A stretch of DNA of 64,000 nucleotides from Azolla caroliniana (GCA_043228905.1 JBHGNT010000022.1:11966001-12030000); one strand, 5' to 3'; numbered from the stretch's first letter, positions 38,501 to 52,045 are shown. The notes: generated by a model not told the origin, from the sequence alone. Program-made: numbers and translations.

Positions 38501-39070
38501 TTCAAATATTTGGTGATGAGAATTTCTACCTAGCCAAAGTCAGGGATATCTATATGTGTGTTGTGGTCATAGTTGGTTCACTTTGACCTACATGTAGTTT
38601 GCCTTGCACTCTTTGAAGCACATCATGACAAAATCTAGGGTCAAGTTCTAGGAACGCTTGAATGGTGAGCTCCCTCACTATCACGAACCTTTCCTCAAAT
38701 TGAAGAACATCTTTAGTTGTATGATTTGTTGAAGCAAAACCACATTAGTTGCAACCAGTTCCTATATGTTATTTCACTATCGTTTGTATTTAATTATGCC
38801 TTTGTTTTGTTATGCACATATTGCTTCTTGTTTATGTTTGGGCATGTGATGCATGGCCATGGGAGGCATGAGATTTTCCGTCTAGGATTTGTAACCATAT
38901 TTTTAGGTCTTGGTAAAATCATCATTGAATCTTTAAAACTTATGACCAACATATGTACATGACTGAAAGTTTAGCATTAGCTAGCAATGAGGAAATTTTC
39001 TAGGGTGGGTTTATACAACCCATTAGAATTAGAATTTTTTATCATCCATAATAACGATGTCAAGCATGAA

Positions 39071-39152
39071 TGATGAGGAGTGGGATTTGAACCCACACCC
39101 TTCTAAACTAGAACCTTAATCTAACGCCTTAGACCAACTCAACCACCTCATC
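39071..39152 (-). pseudogene. tRNA-Leu(AAG)-derived sequence, probably a pseudogene
   Basis: Minus strand GATGAGGTGGTTGAGTTGGTCTAAGGCGTTAGATTAAGGTTCTAG...GTGGGTTCAAATCCCACTCCTCATCA. Anticodon AAG and T-arm intact, but C-to-T changes in the D stem and variable arm and one extra base before the acceptor 3' strand. Confidence 0.75.
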
Positions 39153-39877
39153 AACTAAACCATAAATAAAGCTATTTATCCAAGTTTTTCATCTATCATC
39201 TTATCACCATCTTGAAACTTTTCCTCCAATGTATGTAATCTTGAACCATCTCTTTTGCATCTTGTTTTAATTGGGTTATACTTTGACCCTCTTCATGCAA
39301 AACTGGTAATAAATGCCTCCTTTTCATAAAGTGATTCATTACAAAATTCATGTGGGATTGTATGAAACTAATGTCCAACTTGGTCTTATACGATGACACA
39401 AAAATGGCAACTCTCACCAACTAATAGTTGCTCATAGGCTCTTGTAATATGTTTGAACCTTTCTATGTCATAAGTTTCGTCCCCTCTGATAAAGTAGGGC
39501 ATGGGATTGTTTACTTAGGTTAACTTTCTGCTGGCATTTATGTTATTCATGGAGAGTGAGGTCTCTTTTCTTGTTCAACTAAGGTAAAAAAGTTTGGATA
39601 GATAGGAGAGTGGCAACGCTAGATTCGGTATGCTAGTTTTTGATGCCATCATCTTTGTGTTTTTAGTGTTTTGGGCTTGGGAGATCACTGATGGGGACTT
39701 ATTGGTTTGAGATCCCACTGTTGGTTCTTCATGATTAGTATTGCTAGCAAAGTTGAACTTACGCCTTGTAACAATGTCGATGAAAGTGGTTGTGTGTATT
39801 TGGTGTCCACAAGCTTTGTTTATTTCCACATTCCATATTTCTAAATGTATCAACAGGCTATTACGAGATACTGTATC

Positions 39878-42800
39878 TATTGAGAGACAAGCTCAACATT
39901 GGGAGCGTAAACGGGTGCGTAACCCAATGCGTAGACTGGGTGCGTAAAACCGTACGCAAAATATGGCCATTGCGGTATGTAAACCGAGAGGCCGTTAGAA
40001 TGTTATTCCTCGTAAGGAATAATTTTGGGGGTAAGTGTGGGATGCTCATTTATGATAAGTCAGGTACTGTAAGTACTTGTGTCAGCCCAATAGTTAGGGC
40101 TTGTATAAAAGGTGCTCAATGAGCACCAAGTATGTACAAAGAACATACAGAGAATTATTTTTGGAATATAGTTACGTTTTTCTGTCTCTCCCTCTCCTTC
40201 TCTGTGATTTCTGTGTTTTATCAAATTATCGTAATTCTAAACCGTGTATTCAGTGTCTCCCTCTCCTTCTCTGTGATTTCTATGTTTTATCGAACTATCG
40301 TAATTCTGAACCGTGTATTCAGTGTCTTACGCATACGCTTCCGCACACGTATTCTTTTACATGGTATTAGAGCGCGAGAGTTGAGACTCCTCTGCAGCCG
40401 ACATATAAACTTGCGATAAAAGACAGAGTTAAGTTATTGTTTTTCGGAAAGGATAAGACAACAATATGGACAGAGGAATGGGAAGCTCGCTACCAACTAA
40501 GAAGCTCAACATGAGCAACTACGCATCTTGGTTGTACAAGATGCACCAGTATCTGCTTGGTCATGGTTACTCGAGTTATGTTGAAGGAGCTAATGATGCA
40601 ACACTTGAATCGACACACATATTTTTTGGCTTGGGAAGAAGCGGCAAGTAGAGTTCTTTACTACGTCGTGTCTTGTGTGAGCGACCAGCTCTTGAGCTAC
40701 ATTCGGGATGCTAAGATGCCAAAGGATGCGTGGGAGAATCTCAAGAGGATTTTCGCCGCTAGAACAACGGCCAGGAAGCTGTAGCTTAGATAGGAGTTTA
40801 GCAATGTCTGATAGAAAGATCTGTTTGTGGCCGATTACATGGCCTAAATCAAGGAGATCAGTGACTCTCTCGCCTCCGTCAATGTGAACGTTGAGGAGGA
40901 CAAAATGGTGCAGGTTTGCCTTGGTGGGTTAGCGTCAAAGTTTGGAGCGTTCCAGACGGCGGTTTGCACGAGGGAGATTACACCTTCATTCTTCGAGCTT
41001 CAGTCGATGTCGCTTGTGGAGGAAAATCACGTGGGTGCGTCAACGAGTACGAATACCGACAACAAGATGTTGTACACGGAGGAAGATTGGCCCCGTAGTT
41101 GTGGCGGATGAGGTGGATCTACGCAATGGAGGCGGCCGAAAAGAGCAGACCATGCGGTATAATCGAAATTCCGGAGGCAATTCCGAACCCTTCAAAAGCA
41201 GGGGGAGTCACAGTAGCACCGGAAGCCGGCAAGAGAAGGCTGTGACGGAATGTTGGTACTGTGGCAAGAAAGGCCACAGGGAGAGCGAGTGCTGGAAGAA
41301 GAGAGTCGATTCGAACAAAGCCGAATCGAGTGGAAGAGATGCAGGAAGGCGTAAAAAATTGCACTACGCCGAAGGCTTTGAACGAGTCGTAAATGGATTG
41401 GGCCTAGCCTTCGTAATGAAGCACAAGGCCAATTCGATGGCCGTTAACACCTTGAAATCGAGTGAGGCGTGGTATGTTGATTCCGGAGTGTCAAATCATA
41501 TGATGAGTCATGAGGAATGGTTCTCGTACTTGGAGAAACCGGAAAAACAAGGAGTGGTCGAAACGGGAGACGACACTCCGCATTCCATCGAACATGTCAG
41601 ATAAGTTTCTCTCAGCCATGTTGGGTAGAAAGGGAAACTTATGAACGTGTTGCACGTCTCGACAATAACCAAGAACCTAGTGTCAGTTGGTCAGATCGTC
41701 GACCAGGGGATGCAAGTTCAATTCACGCACCTTGGGTGCTACATCGAAGAGGAAGGCCAAGTTATCGCACAAGAGCACCGTGAAGGGAGAATGTTCATCC
41801 TCGACACCAATCAAGCCAAAACCGTGTTGTTCGCTAGAGGACAGAAGGTTGAGTCAGACATCGATCTGTGGCACAAGTAGTTCGGCCACGTTTACTTCCC
41901 ACGGCTTCGTGAATAGCAGACGAAGAACATTGTTTTCGGCTTGCCGAAATTTCGGGGCCATAATGGCCAAGTCTGCGAAGCCTGCCAACTCGGGAAGCAA
42001 CACCGACTTCCATTCCCCAATGAGCGTAATTGTAGTCGAAATCCGTTGGATTTGATCCATTCGGATGTGTGGGGACCAACACAGAATGTGAGTCTCGGTG
42101 GAAGCCGTTACTTTGTAACCTTCATCGATGACTTCACTCAACATACATGGGCGTGCTTGAACGCGAAAAAGAACGAAGTCTTCGCGTGGTTCCTGAAGGT
42201 GAAAAACCTTGCGAAAAAGGAAACATGGCGTAAGATCAAGTGCCTATGGTTCGATGGGGGGAAGGAGTACTTCTCCGACCAATTCACGAGTTATCTACAG
42301 AAGGAGGGAATTCAACGCTAATTCTCGTGTAGATATACGCCGGAGCAGAATGACGTAGTCGAGTGGAAGAATCAGACGATCGAAGAAGCTGCCAGGGCAA
42401 TGCTTGAAGAGAAGCATATGCCAAAGTTTTACTAGACTAAAGCCGTAAGGATGGCTGTTTATTTGCAGAATTGGACTTCTGCTAATGGAGGAGTGTCGCC
42501 ACACGAGTTGTATTTTGGAAAGAAGCCGAACTTGGCACACTTGAGGATTTTCGGTAGCATTGCGTATGTGCATGTGCCGAAGGAGAAGAGGAGGAAGCTG
42601 GAAGCCAAAGCCGAGAAGTGTATCTTGGTCGGCTATTCAGGCGAGTAGAAGGGTTATAAGTGTTATAACCCCTGAACAAAGGAAGTTCGTGTAAGCCGAG
42701 ATGTCGTATTCGACGAGTCTCCTTCGTGGTACTTGCCTTCACCTCCAATACCTCATGATTCCATTCCGAATTATGAAGAAGAGGTTAGCGAGGCCGAGAT

Positions 42801-45800
42801 GCCTCTGCATGATGAGAATATCAGAGCTTTGACAGAGAGTCCGATCTCATTTCGGCTAAGTGGGCTGAATGAGGGGTTGGGCCGAGGTGGCCAACCAATT
42901 GAAGAGCCGGTGAGTAGTGGAGACTTGGTCGTGTTGTCCCTGCGTAAAGAACCGAGGAGACGGTTTATGCGTAAAGAAAAAGGGAAGAAGAAAATGTTGG
43001 AATATGATTTCGGCAGTGCCGAGTCAGATTTTGAACCAATTGAAAAGGAATCTCCATGGAAGAAGTCGAAATCAGCTGAAAAGGCCGTGAAATCGGGTAA
43101 TCACGAATTACGCCGATCTACCCGCCTGAAGAAACCCGTAAAGAGGTACGGGTATAATGAGTACATGGCACATTATACGTACATGATGCGAGTGGTGGAA
43201 GTGCGTGAGCTAGAGCACTACGCAGAAGCGGCGGAAGACGCAAACTAGCGTGCCGTGATGGAGGAAGAGATGCGCGCATTATCAGACAACGAGACTTGGG
43301 ACTTGGTTGACACACCTAAAGGTGTTAAGACGATCAGATGCAGATGGGTGTTTTATCTGAAATACAACACCGACGGCTTGGTCAACCAACATAAGGCCCG
43401 TTTGGTTGCGAAAGGCTACGCGCAGAAGCACGACGTCGATTACGACGAGACCTTTGCGCATGTCATGAAGATGACTACCGTGCGAGTCCTGCTAGCCGTA
43501 GATGCGGCGAAGGGGTGGCATCTACATCAGATGGATGTAAAGAATGCGTTCATGCAAGGTGATCTTGAGGAACAAGTGTACATGGTACGGTTCCCTGGAT
43601 TTCTATCCGAACAGAACACTTCGGAAGTCTTCCGATTGAAAAAGGCGTTATACGGCCTTAAGCAAGCCCCGCGAGCTTGGAACTCGAAGATTACGCAACG
43701 ATTGCGTTGTCGTGAAGAATTTCATCCAGAGGTGGAAACCGGGAAATATTGGCTACATCAGCGGGGTGCACCATGTGCACTCACCCTCATGTAATTGTGT
43801 GAATAATAGGAGTCAAGTCGGGACGAAGAATCCCATGTAAATCGGGATTTATCCCACATTGTAACACATCCCTCTCCTTGTTCTATAAAAGGAAGGGATG
43901 GTCCCTTGTAGAGGGGTTGCCCATTTTGTGTTAGAGGGTATACCGTTTGATTTAGGGTTAGTTCTTCTACTTCTTCTTCCTCTTCTTCGCGGTGTGGGTG
44001 GACTGTGGAGGGCTGTTTCTGCTCGGTCTCCTATGCAAGACCCCGCTCTGCGTGACGAGCCCGAGAGCTCCCCGGACGGCGGCTTGGCTGCAGACTGCGG
44101 CTTGGTTGTAACCTACCCTAGCTTGGTCCGGCTCGAAGCCGGGGTTGTATTCTTTCCCTTGTAAAACACACCTTTGCGTCTGTCTATGTATATTCGTGTC
44201 TCTGTTGGTGTCGGGTGCTTCCCCTTTCCTGCGTTCTTGCACATAAGGGCGTGAGTCGGGTCGGCGCGCGCGCGCGCGCGTGTGTGAGTCGGTGTCAAGC
44301 GCGCACTCCCTCTTTGTCTCCCTCTCTTTCTCTCTCTCGTTCGGTTGCTTCCGGTGTGCTCCTGGGGTGCCCCGAAAAGGGTGAAGCACGACTTCCTGCG
44401 CTCCGTCACTCCCTAGTCCAGGACCCCCGTGGTCTCGCCTTTCTACACGCACGCGCATAACTACGCGACAACGTAGAATGGGGTTTACAACGTCCAAATC
44501 AGACTTCTCGTTGTTCGTTCGCCAAGGTCGACATGGACCGGTTTTTCTTTTACTTTATGTCGATGATTTAGTCATCGCCGGTGCTGACCTGGAAGAAATC
44601 AACCGCGTAAAGTCTCAGCTTTTGGCATCGTTCAAAATGAAGGATCTTGGCGACCTTCATTACTTCCTCGAGATCGAAGTGATCCGTTCCCTCGAAGGCA
44701 TATTGATCAGTCAACGTCATTACGCGTTGAATATGCTCTTCAAGTTCGGGATGGCAGATTGTAAGCCCATCTCGACCCCTCTGGATAGAAACATAAAGCT
44801 TCGCCGAGATTCGGGAAAGGCGTGCGACCCAACACGGTTTCGACAGATTGTCGGAAGCCTCATCTACTTGACGATCACTCGGCTGGACCTCAACTACCCG
44901 GTCGGAATGATCAGTCAATGTATGTCGTAGTCCATGACCGAACACCTTTAGTGCGCACAAAGGATATTACGATATGTTAGCGGCACGAAAGACATGGCGT
45001 TGTTGTATCATGCAAACGTAGCCGAGTAGTTAATCGGCTACACAGATGTCGATTGGGCTAGAAATACCCACGATCGTAGATCCACATTTGGATACGCATT
45101 CTCATTGGGAAGTGCGACGATCACGTGGAGCAGTAAGAAGTAGCCGATAGTAGCACTATCGAGCACAAAGGCCGAATATCGCGGGGCAACAATCGCGATG
45201 TGTGAAGTCATTTGGCTGAAACGGCTATTACAGGATTTGCACGTAGAGGTGTTTGATCCAACGACGATCTACTGCGACAACCTCAACAACATCCACCTTG
45301 CGAAACCTTGTATTCCATGCTCGGACCAAGCACATTGAGGTGCACTACCATTTTGTCCGCGAGTGTGTCCTTTCTGGTGAAGTCGAATTGGCGTATGTTC
45401 CCACGGGTCGGCAGATTGCCGACATCTTCACCAAGCCCCTTGGTCTTGGCAAGTTACGACATTTCTCGGTTGAGCTGGGTTTGCAGCACCTCGACACGCT
45501 GAACTTGAGAGGGAGACAAGAATAGGAACAGGAGCGTGAAAGGAGCGGTAGTAACCACGATGCCGAATCGGATGAAGAATTCGATTTTAGGCCGGTTGAA
45601 GAAGCAGAAGAAGAAAACAGGGGCCGTAATCGCAAGGAAGAGCCGAAGACAACCGAACAAAGGGAAAACAAAGCCAAGAAAGCTGTAAAGGCCAAGACTA
45701 ACACATGGTCGGACGTAGTTAAGGGCCTGAAGATAAAAGACAAATTGGAGACAACCAATTTGGGTGAAAGAGGGAATGAATCGGAAATGTTCGATTCGGA

Positions 45801-46426
45801 TATGCCGAATCAATTGAGGACCAAGCGGAGAAAAAGGCAGCGAAAGAAGTGCCCACACTGTGACAACAAGGTAGTTGAGAAAGGCTGCATGAGCAGACAA
45901 GCCGACCAGAATCGAACGGGTCGAGGAGCGCGAGCGAGGCGTGAAGCTTGGAGAGGCCGGAGCGAAGATTCGGAAAAGCATATGGAACCTCAAGTTTAGC
46001 TTGAGGGGGAGTGTTGAGAGACAAGCTCAACATTGGGAGTGTAAATGGGTGCGTAACCCAGTGCGTAGACTGGGTGTGTAAAACCGTACGCAAAATATGG
46101 TCGTAGCGGTATGTAAACCGAGAGGCCGTTAGAATGTTATTCCTTGTAAGGAATAATTTTGGGGGTAAGTGTAGGATGCTCATTTATGATAAGTCAGGTA
46201 CTGTAAGTACTTGTGTCAGCCTAATAGTCAGGGCTTGTATAAAAGGTGCTCATTGAGCACCAAGTATGTATAGAGAACACACAGAGAATTATTTTTGGAA
46301 TATAGTTATGTTTTTTTGTCTCTCCCTCTCCCTCTCTGTGATTTTTGTGTTTTATCAAATTATCGTAATTCTGAACCGTGTACTCAGTGTCTTACGCATA
46401 TGCTTTTGCACACGTATTCTTTTACA
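39878..46426 (+). mobile_element. Full-length degenerate Ty1/copia; LTRs 39878-40361 and 46012-46426, TSD GTATC
   Basis: PBS tggtattagagc at 40362, PPT ttgagggggag. Motifs CWYCGKKGHRESEC, WYVDSG, HSDVWGP, QMDVKNAF, LYVDDL, TKHIEVHYH, with many stops. The 5' LTR has an internal ~70-bp duplication. Confidence 0.93.
43708..44470 (+). mobile_element. Solo LTR (763 bp) inserted in the copia RT; related to the LTRs at 49713 and 58168
   Basis: TGTCGTG...CGCGACA, flanks gcgt/acgt. Removing it restores ..QRLR-RMGFTTSKSD.. in RT. Confidence 0.9.
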
Positions 46427-46532
46427 GTATCTCATTAGCTTCCCCATAACCATAGGATCTTATTAAACATTCCCTACCAGTTGGAGTAGTGGTTCTAATC
46501 CCCAACAATGATGCCAAACGTGTTGAACACGT

Positions 46533-47294
46533 TGTCGTGGAAATCCGCACGTGCGTGTTGGATAGGACGGAACCACGAGGGTCTTGGACTAGAGAGTAAG
46601 AGAAAAGAAATAAGCTTGGGAGTTTAACCGAGAAGGGAAAGATTAAGGTTAGAGAGGTTAAGACTGGAGAGATTAAGATTAGAGATAAGAGACGACAAGA
46701 TTCATCGAATGATTATATTACGAAAACACCACATGAATTACAACCATGGCTGCATAGGCCGAATGTAAACCCTCTAGATGAAACCCTAACCGGATAGGGG
46801 AAAAGAAGAAGAAGACGAATGAAACCCCTAAAACGAGATCCTAAAACCCAAAATTCCGAAACCCTAATGGCAACCCAAAGAAACCCAAAAAATGGAAGCC
46901 CCTCAAAAATGGCCCCTCACTGCCTTTTATAATAGTAAGGGGTGAGGCACATTACATAAAGAAGAGGTCAACCCCCCCTTCTTTCAATGGGGGAATATTT
47001 GGCCTTGATCTTAGGAGCCTTAAGTCCCTCTCCTCACACACACACTATGCCCACTACTCACTACACCCGTACTTCATGTACTCTCCCTTTAGTCTACATG
47101 TGCATGTGCACATAAGTGCACATCACATTTACACTTTATGAATCTTCGTAGTGCACTTTTAACACCTTACATTTACCCTTCTTTTTTTACATTTGTTTCT
47201 TTTACAAATCTTCCAAGTGCATGTGCAATGTTGCACATCTCCATTTTATCCATCCCACTTGGTTTTCTCACCATGGCCGAAAATCCTCACGATG
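46533..47294 (-). mobile_element. 3' LTR of a minus-strand element of a related family; PPT and internal sequence follow to ~48600
   Basis: Ends tgtcgtgg...tcacgatg. The adjacent tccacccccaccaaa is the reverse complement of a PPT like that at 58153-58167. The reverse-complement TATA block resembles ctataaaagg. Confidence 0.7.
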
Positions 47295-50200
47295 TCCACC
47301 CCCACCAAACCACACATCCACCAATATGTGCCAAGAAAGGGAAAGAGGTGAGATTTTTGGCAATGATGATTAACCAAGTTCCGCCGCTTCCTTGTTGGCC
47401 TAACCCGACTTCATCTTCCATTTCGAGCATGCCCATCCTTCCCATACGAACCATCGTAACCTCTTGATCCACCATGTTCGCCACATGTCCCCGAACCATC
47501 GTCTCCATCCAATCCACCATATATGATGCTCGCACCTTCCTCCTCGGCCGGTCGTAGTAGACCTCCCAAATGATGTCGCCGATCCGATCGCTCTTCCTTT
47601 GTCCACCATGTGTGTCCTCCTATTGGACTCCTGACCACTCTGATTGCATGTCGGATACCATCCCTCACACACCTCGTATGTTCCTCCTTCGGCCCGATTG
47701 TCTCCTCGTCCCAAGCACCTAGGCGTGCTGTCTCCCTCCGTTCCCCGCTTGCCTTCCGTAGGCTCTACCCACGCATCGATGTTAACCTCCGAATACATGC
47801 TCCTTCTTAGGTCCTCATGTGATCACATTACACTGTCATGAAGATCCATCACTACGTGCGGATCGTGAGGCGGAGCCGCCGGGGTCCTGGACCGGAAGGA
47901 TTCGAAGTTTGCACAACCTTTAGCGAGAAAGGATTTAAGATAGATTGAGAGAGAGAGAGATAGATTGAGATTAAGATTCCAATTTTAAAACAAATTGAGA
48001 AAGATTGAAATGGAGAGAGAGATTAAGATTGAACTCTTGACTTTAGATTTGAACAACAAGATATATCACCAATTGGATAACTAATTTTCTTCTTATTAAA
48101 TTCTTCATTCATACATTGCTCCCCTTTGATATTTTTCAACCACTCTTTTATAGACGCCCCCATGCATATGATGCATGTGAGGGTATAAGACATGCATACA
48201 ATGCACGGAATGCATGTGATGCATGTTTGCCATTGGGCGCTCATGCATTACATGTGATACATGATAGCCATGGCACTCAATCAAGCTCTAATATGAGAAT
48301 TTACATGTAAAAGTATAATGATAGAAAAAACATTTCTAAGAAAATGACTTAGCTTAGTGGTAAGTCTAGTGCCTCCTATCTTGGAGGTGCAAGGTTTAAG
48401 CCTTGCTTGCATCCCTTTGTATACAAACTTTTACTAAGTTTTTTAGTCTAGATATTTTGTTCATTTCACACCGAAATCATCGTGATCAACCTATCCGATA
48501 AACCTGGTTCGCATCCGACCTGGTGATCCGGTCTACCCGGTCCGGTTCCAGTGCTGGTGCCTGTCTCGGTTTCGGCTCCGTCGCCATCTGGTCACCCAAA
48601 ACCATTACGAGTAGTTAAGCCACAGTTTATCCCAAGAACATTTTGTGCTCCACTCATAGACAGAAAGTAATAAGTTCTGGCTCTGCTTATATACTGTGGG
48701 ATGTTGATTTGTCCTATCTATGTGGGATTTCTTACAGTTTTGTTTTTCTCTTCTTATTCTCAAACTTCACAATCACATAACTTGACATTTAGTTGTCCGT
48801 TTCAAATATAATAAAGTACATTCGGGATGCCATGTTTGCTCTTCCCGGTGCGTAGCCCTTCGTTCTCCACGGAACTCCTCTGTTTCCCTATACACGATTC
48901 TCCGCTCATGCCAATCTCGCTCGGCTCATTTCGTTGATTCGGGACCTCGCCACACCGTCTTTCTTCCCGTACTTGCATCTCAAAGGCTTGACCCGACCGC
49001 AATCGTCGGTAACTCGTTCCGGCTGCTTTGGGTGCATGCTTGTTTCTTGGCCCTCAAGCGGCCGTAGTGCATGCTTCATTTCTCGCCCTTCACTCGTCGT
49101 AGTTCCGACCTCCGCGTCGGACTCTCCCCCCTTCGTTGTTGTCATTCCGCACTGGATACATGCTTCGGCATCGTCATTCATTTCGATCTCCAACTCCTCG
49201 CCGCCACTCACCGTCTCTTCGGTCTTATGTTGGCACTCGAGCGCAACTGCTATAGCCTCCGACACCGGTGTCTGGGGGTCTTGCCTTTGTCTGGTCCAAT
49301 CTTCCTCCTTCGCCTTGTCGTCGTCTTGGTCTCCCGCCTTGCTGCTGCCACCGTCCGTCTCTCTGGTCTCATGTGAGCCCTCGTAGCCGACCGCCAAAGT
49401 CTCATGAACCGGTGTGAGCAAGGTCGTGGCACCACCGCTCGTCATGTTCGTAGCCACCTCCATTCGAACGTCGTTGTTCGTGGCTACCCCGTCCCCGATC
49501 AGGTAAGCCTCGATTACGCTTGCTTCCTCCCCGCTCGATGTTTCGAGCAACCATGTCCTGAAACTTCCACCCACTCTCGAAGTGGCGCTCCCCGTTTCGT
49601 TGTCTCCAGCCTTCTCCATGGCCGTCTCTTTTCCGTAGGATGAGAGGGTCGCTCGCTCCGCACCCTCTCCCATGTCGCCATTGTACGCTCTTTTGGCCTC
49701 CACATAGGCAGTTGTCGTGAAGTTTCCGGCATATAGTGAGAAACCAAGAGATATTGGAGGGATCGGCGAGGTGCAACGTGTGCACCCATCCTTGTAAAAA
49801 TGTGTGAATAGTAGGATTCAAGTCGGGACAGAGAATCCCATGTAAGTTGGGATTTATCCCACATTGTAATGCATTCCTCTCCTTGTTCTATAAAAGGAAG
49901 GGATGGTCCCTTGTAGAGAGGTTGCCCATTTTGAGTTAGGAGGGTATACCACTTAGGTCTAGGGTTTGGTAGAGTTCTTCCTCTTCATCTTATTCTTGTC
50001 CCCTTAGGGTTTGTACTTGGGTCTTCACCCTATTTCGTTTAGGGTTTCATCTTGTCTTCTTCTTCTTCTTTTGCCCCCTTCGTGTCAGTTGAGGGTTTTA
50101 GCCCGGTGAAGAGCTTGGAAGTTATGTGGGGGTTTACTTCTACTCGGCCTCCTGTGCAAGACCCCGCTCGGCGTGACGAGCTCGAGAGCTCCCCGACGAC

Positions 50201-50551
50201 GGCTTGGCGGCAAACTGTTGTTGTGACCTAGCCTACCTCAGTCCGGTTCGGAGCCGGAGTTGTAACTCACTCTTGTAATCATATATATCTAAAGGGTTGT
50301 GCATATTTGTGTCCTTGTTTGTGTCGGGTGCGTTTCTTTCTTTGTTTCCTGGTACATAAGAGTCGGTGTTGCGCGCACGCTCTCCCTCTCCTTTGTCTCT
50401 CTCTCTCTCTCCCTCTCGTGTTCGGTTGCAACCGGGTCGTGCCCGGTGTCGGTTTGCTTGGCCTCCCTCTTCTCCCTCATCCGAGACCCCTGTGGTCCTG
50501 CCCCTTCTACACGCCCGCGCGTAATAACGCGACATCTTTGGTGAACCGGAC

Positions 50552-52045
50552 GTGAAAGGGCGGCAAGGGAGAATGGAGATGGAAGAAGACGACTTCACGC
50601 AACTTTTTGTCGAAGCGGTGAGGGAGTTTGGACGAGCAACAACAAGACGAGAGTCGGCGCAGGAAGCGGTTGAGCAAGTGGTCGAAAGAGTCGGTCGTTT
50701 CAACGGGGACAAGTTCCCATTCTACTTGGAAGCCTACAACACGGAAATGGAGGAGCGAGACGTAGATGAGGCGTTGAGGCTTGAGTTCTTCTGTCGGGTC
50801 GTTGTCGTCCGTATTGATGCAGAAGTGAAGGAGCTCCGAGAAGCTCATAGTTTGTGGGAGGCCTTTGAAGAGGCGCTCATGCAGGCATATGGAGGACGAC
50901 GGAAGAGCCAGGGACGACGCGACTTCGACCAATGGGTTTCATCGGCGAAGACCCACCAGGGTGCAATGAAGGCATTCCGAGAGTTCGAGCAGCGGCTTGC
51001 TTGGCTCCCGGAGCGGGAACAAGGTTTGGTGGGGGCGGACAAAGTCCTGTTGTTCGTCAGGTCGATCGACCGAGCGGAATGGGAGGCCATCGGGATTAAG
51101 CTTGAAGAAAATGACGGAGCGAATGGCCTTACAGAGGACTGGTTGAAGGTCGGAAGGGTATGCCAACGGCTAGATGACGAGCGGGCTGAGAAGGCTAAGA
51201 GGAAAGCACGCGATGACTTGCCATCACAACGGGAAGAGGCCCAACGACAAAGAGAGTCGGCGAGGCTCGGCTTCGGGGCCAGGATTGCGGAGGCGTACAC
51301 AGTTCTAGAGGCAACACTCGAGGAAGAGGAAAGATCGAGGCCGCAAGCCGAGGCCGAGGAGACGAACTTGCCCCACAAGGAGGCAGAAGATCGGTACAAT
51401 GGTACGACGGGAGAGGGTGTGGAACATAACGCCCTCTCGACTTGCGAAGAAAGAACGGCCAAGGACAAGGCCGAGATACCGATCGCAGGATCGGAGCATC
51501 GGGACCGACGGTTTCGGGCACGTCAGCCCAGAAATCCGGACATTGGAGAAGCAAGCCCAGGCAGGGCTTGCGCGATCGGAAAAGGGGTGACCACCGACCA
51601 CGAGGAGTCAGTGGCTACGGACAAGGGTGTAAATATGACGGGCGATTCTACGCATCTTCCCACACTTGCTCCCGAGACGATGGCAGTCGGGCCCGAGTGC
51701 CCACGTGAGTCCCAAGAGGGGGAAGGCGGCGGCGTGAGACCAAGAATCACCAGCGAGATGATACGGGGAAGGACCCGATTTCGGAGAACTCGGCATTCGG
51801 GCCCTTACGCCCACGTGAGACCGAGGAGATGGATGACGATATCGAGGAGTCTTGGCACGATGCCAACGAAGAAGGATGGGAAATGGCTCGCGAGAAGGTC
51901 GACGAAAAGACCAAGTGTTGAGTGGCAAGCTCAACTGGAGCCGGATCGGCTGAATAAGCCTAAGCTAGTAAGCGAGACGGATCAGTATGACGGTGAGCAA
52001 CCGAGCTGGCAAGCAACAGAGCCGGTGAGCTGGGGAGCCGGTTAG
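50552..52045 (+). CDS. Retrotransposon gag-like protein with an acidic/disordered C-terminal tail
   Basis: Directly after the PBS. RFNGDK..YLEAY....WEAFEEALMQAYG resembles a capsid-type gag. True start probably at the ATG at ~50573. Confidence 0.6.
   Translation: MKGRQGRMEMEEDDFTQLFVEAVREFGRATTRRESAQEAVEQVVERVGRFNGDKFPFYLEAYNTEMEERDVDEALRLEFFCRVVVVRIDAEVKELREAHSLWEAFEEALMQAYGGRRKSQGRRDFDQWVSSAKTHQGAMKAFREFEQRLAWLPEREQGLVGADKVLLFVRSIDRAEWEAIGIKLEENDGANGLTEDWLKVGRVCQRLDDERAEKAKRKARDDLPSQREEAQRQRESARLGFGARIAEAYTVLEATLEEEERSRPQAEAEETNLPHKEAEDRYNGTTGEGVEHNALSTCEERTAKDKAEIPIAGSEHRDRRFRARQPRNPDIGEASPGRACAIGKGVTTDHEESVATDKGVNMTGDSTHLPTLAPETMAVGPECPRESQEGEGGGVRPRITSEMIRGRTRFRRTRHSGPYAHVRPRRWMTISRSLGTMPTKKDGKWLARRSTKRPSVEWQAQLEPDRLNKPKLVSETDQYDGEQPSWQATEPVSWGAG

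Noticed and set aside
39071-39152. Functional tRNA-Leu(AAG)
   Set aside because: C-to-T decay in the D and variable arms and an extra base near the acceptor stem; tRNAscan-SE would settle it.
39180-39870. Possible decayed minus-strand coding sequence continuing at 46432-46530
   Set aside because: No diagnostic motif could be recognised; left unassigned.
48345-48415. tRNA-like A/B boxes (tagcttagtggt...ggtttaagcc)
   Set aside because: No cloverleaf; at best a decayed SINE head and too weak to annotate.
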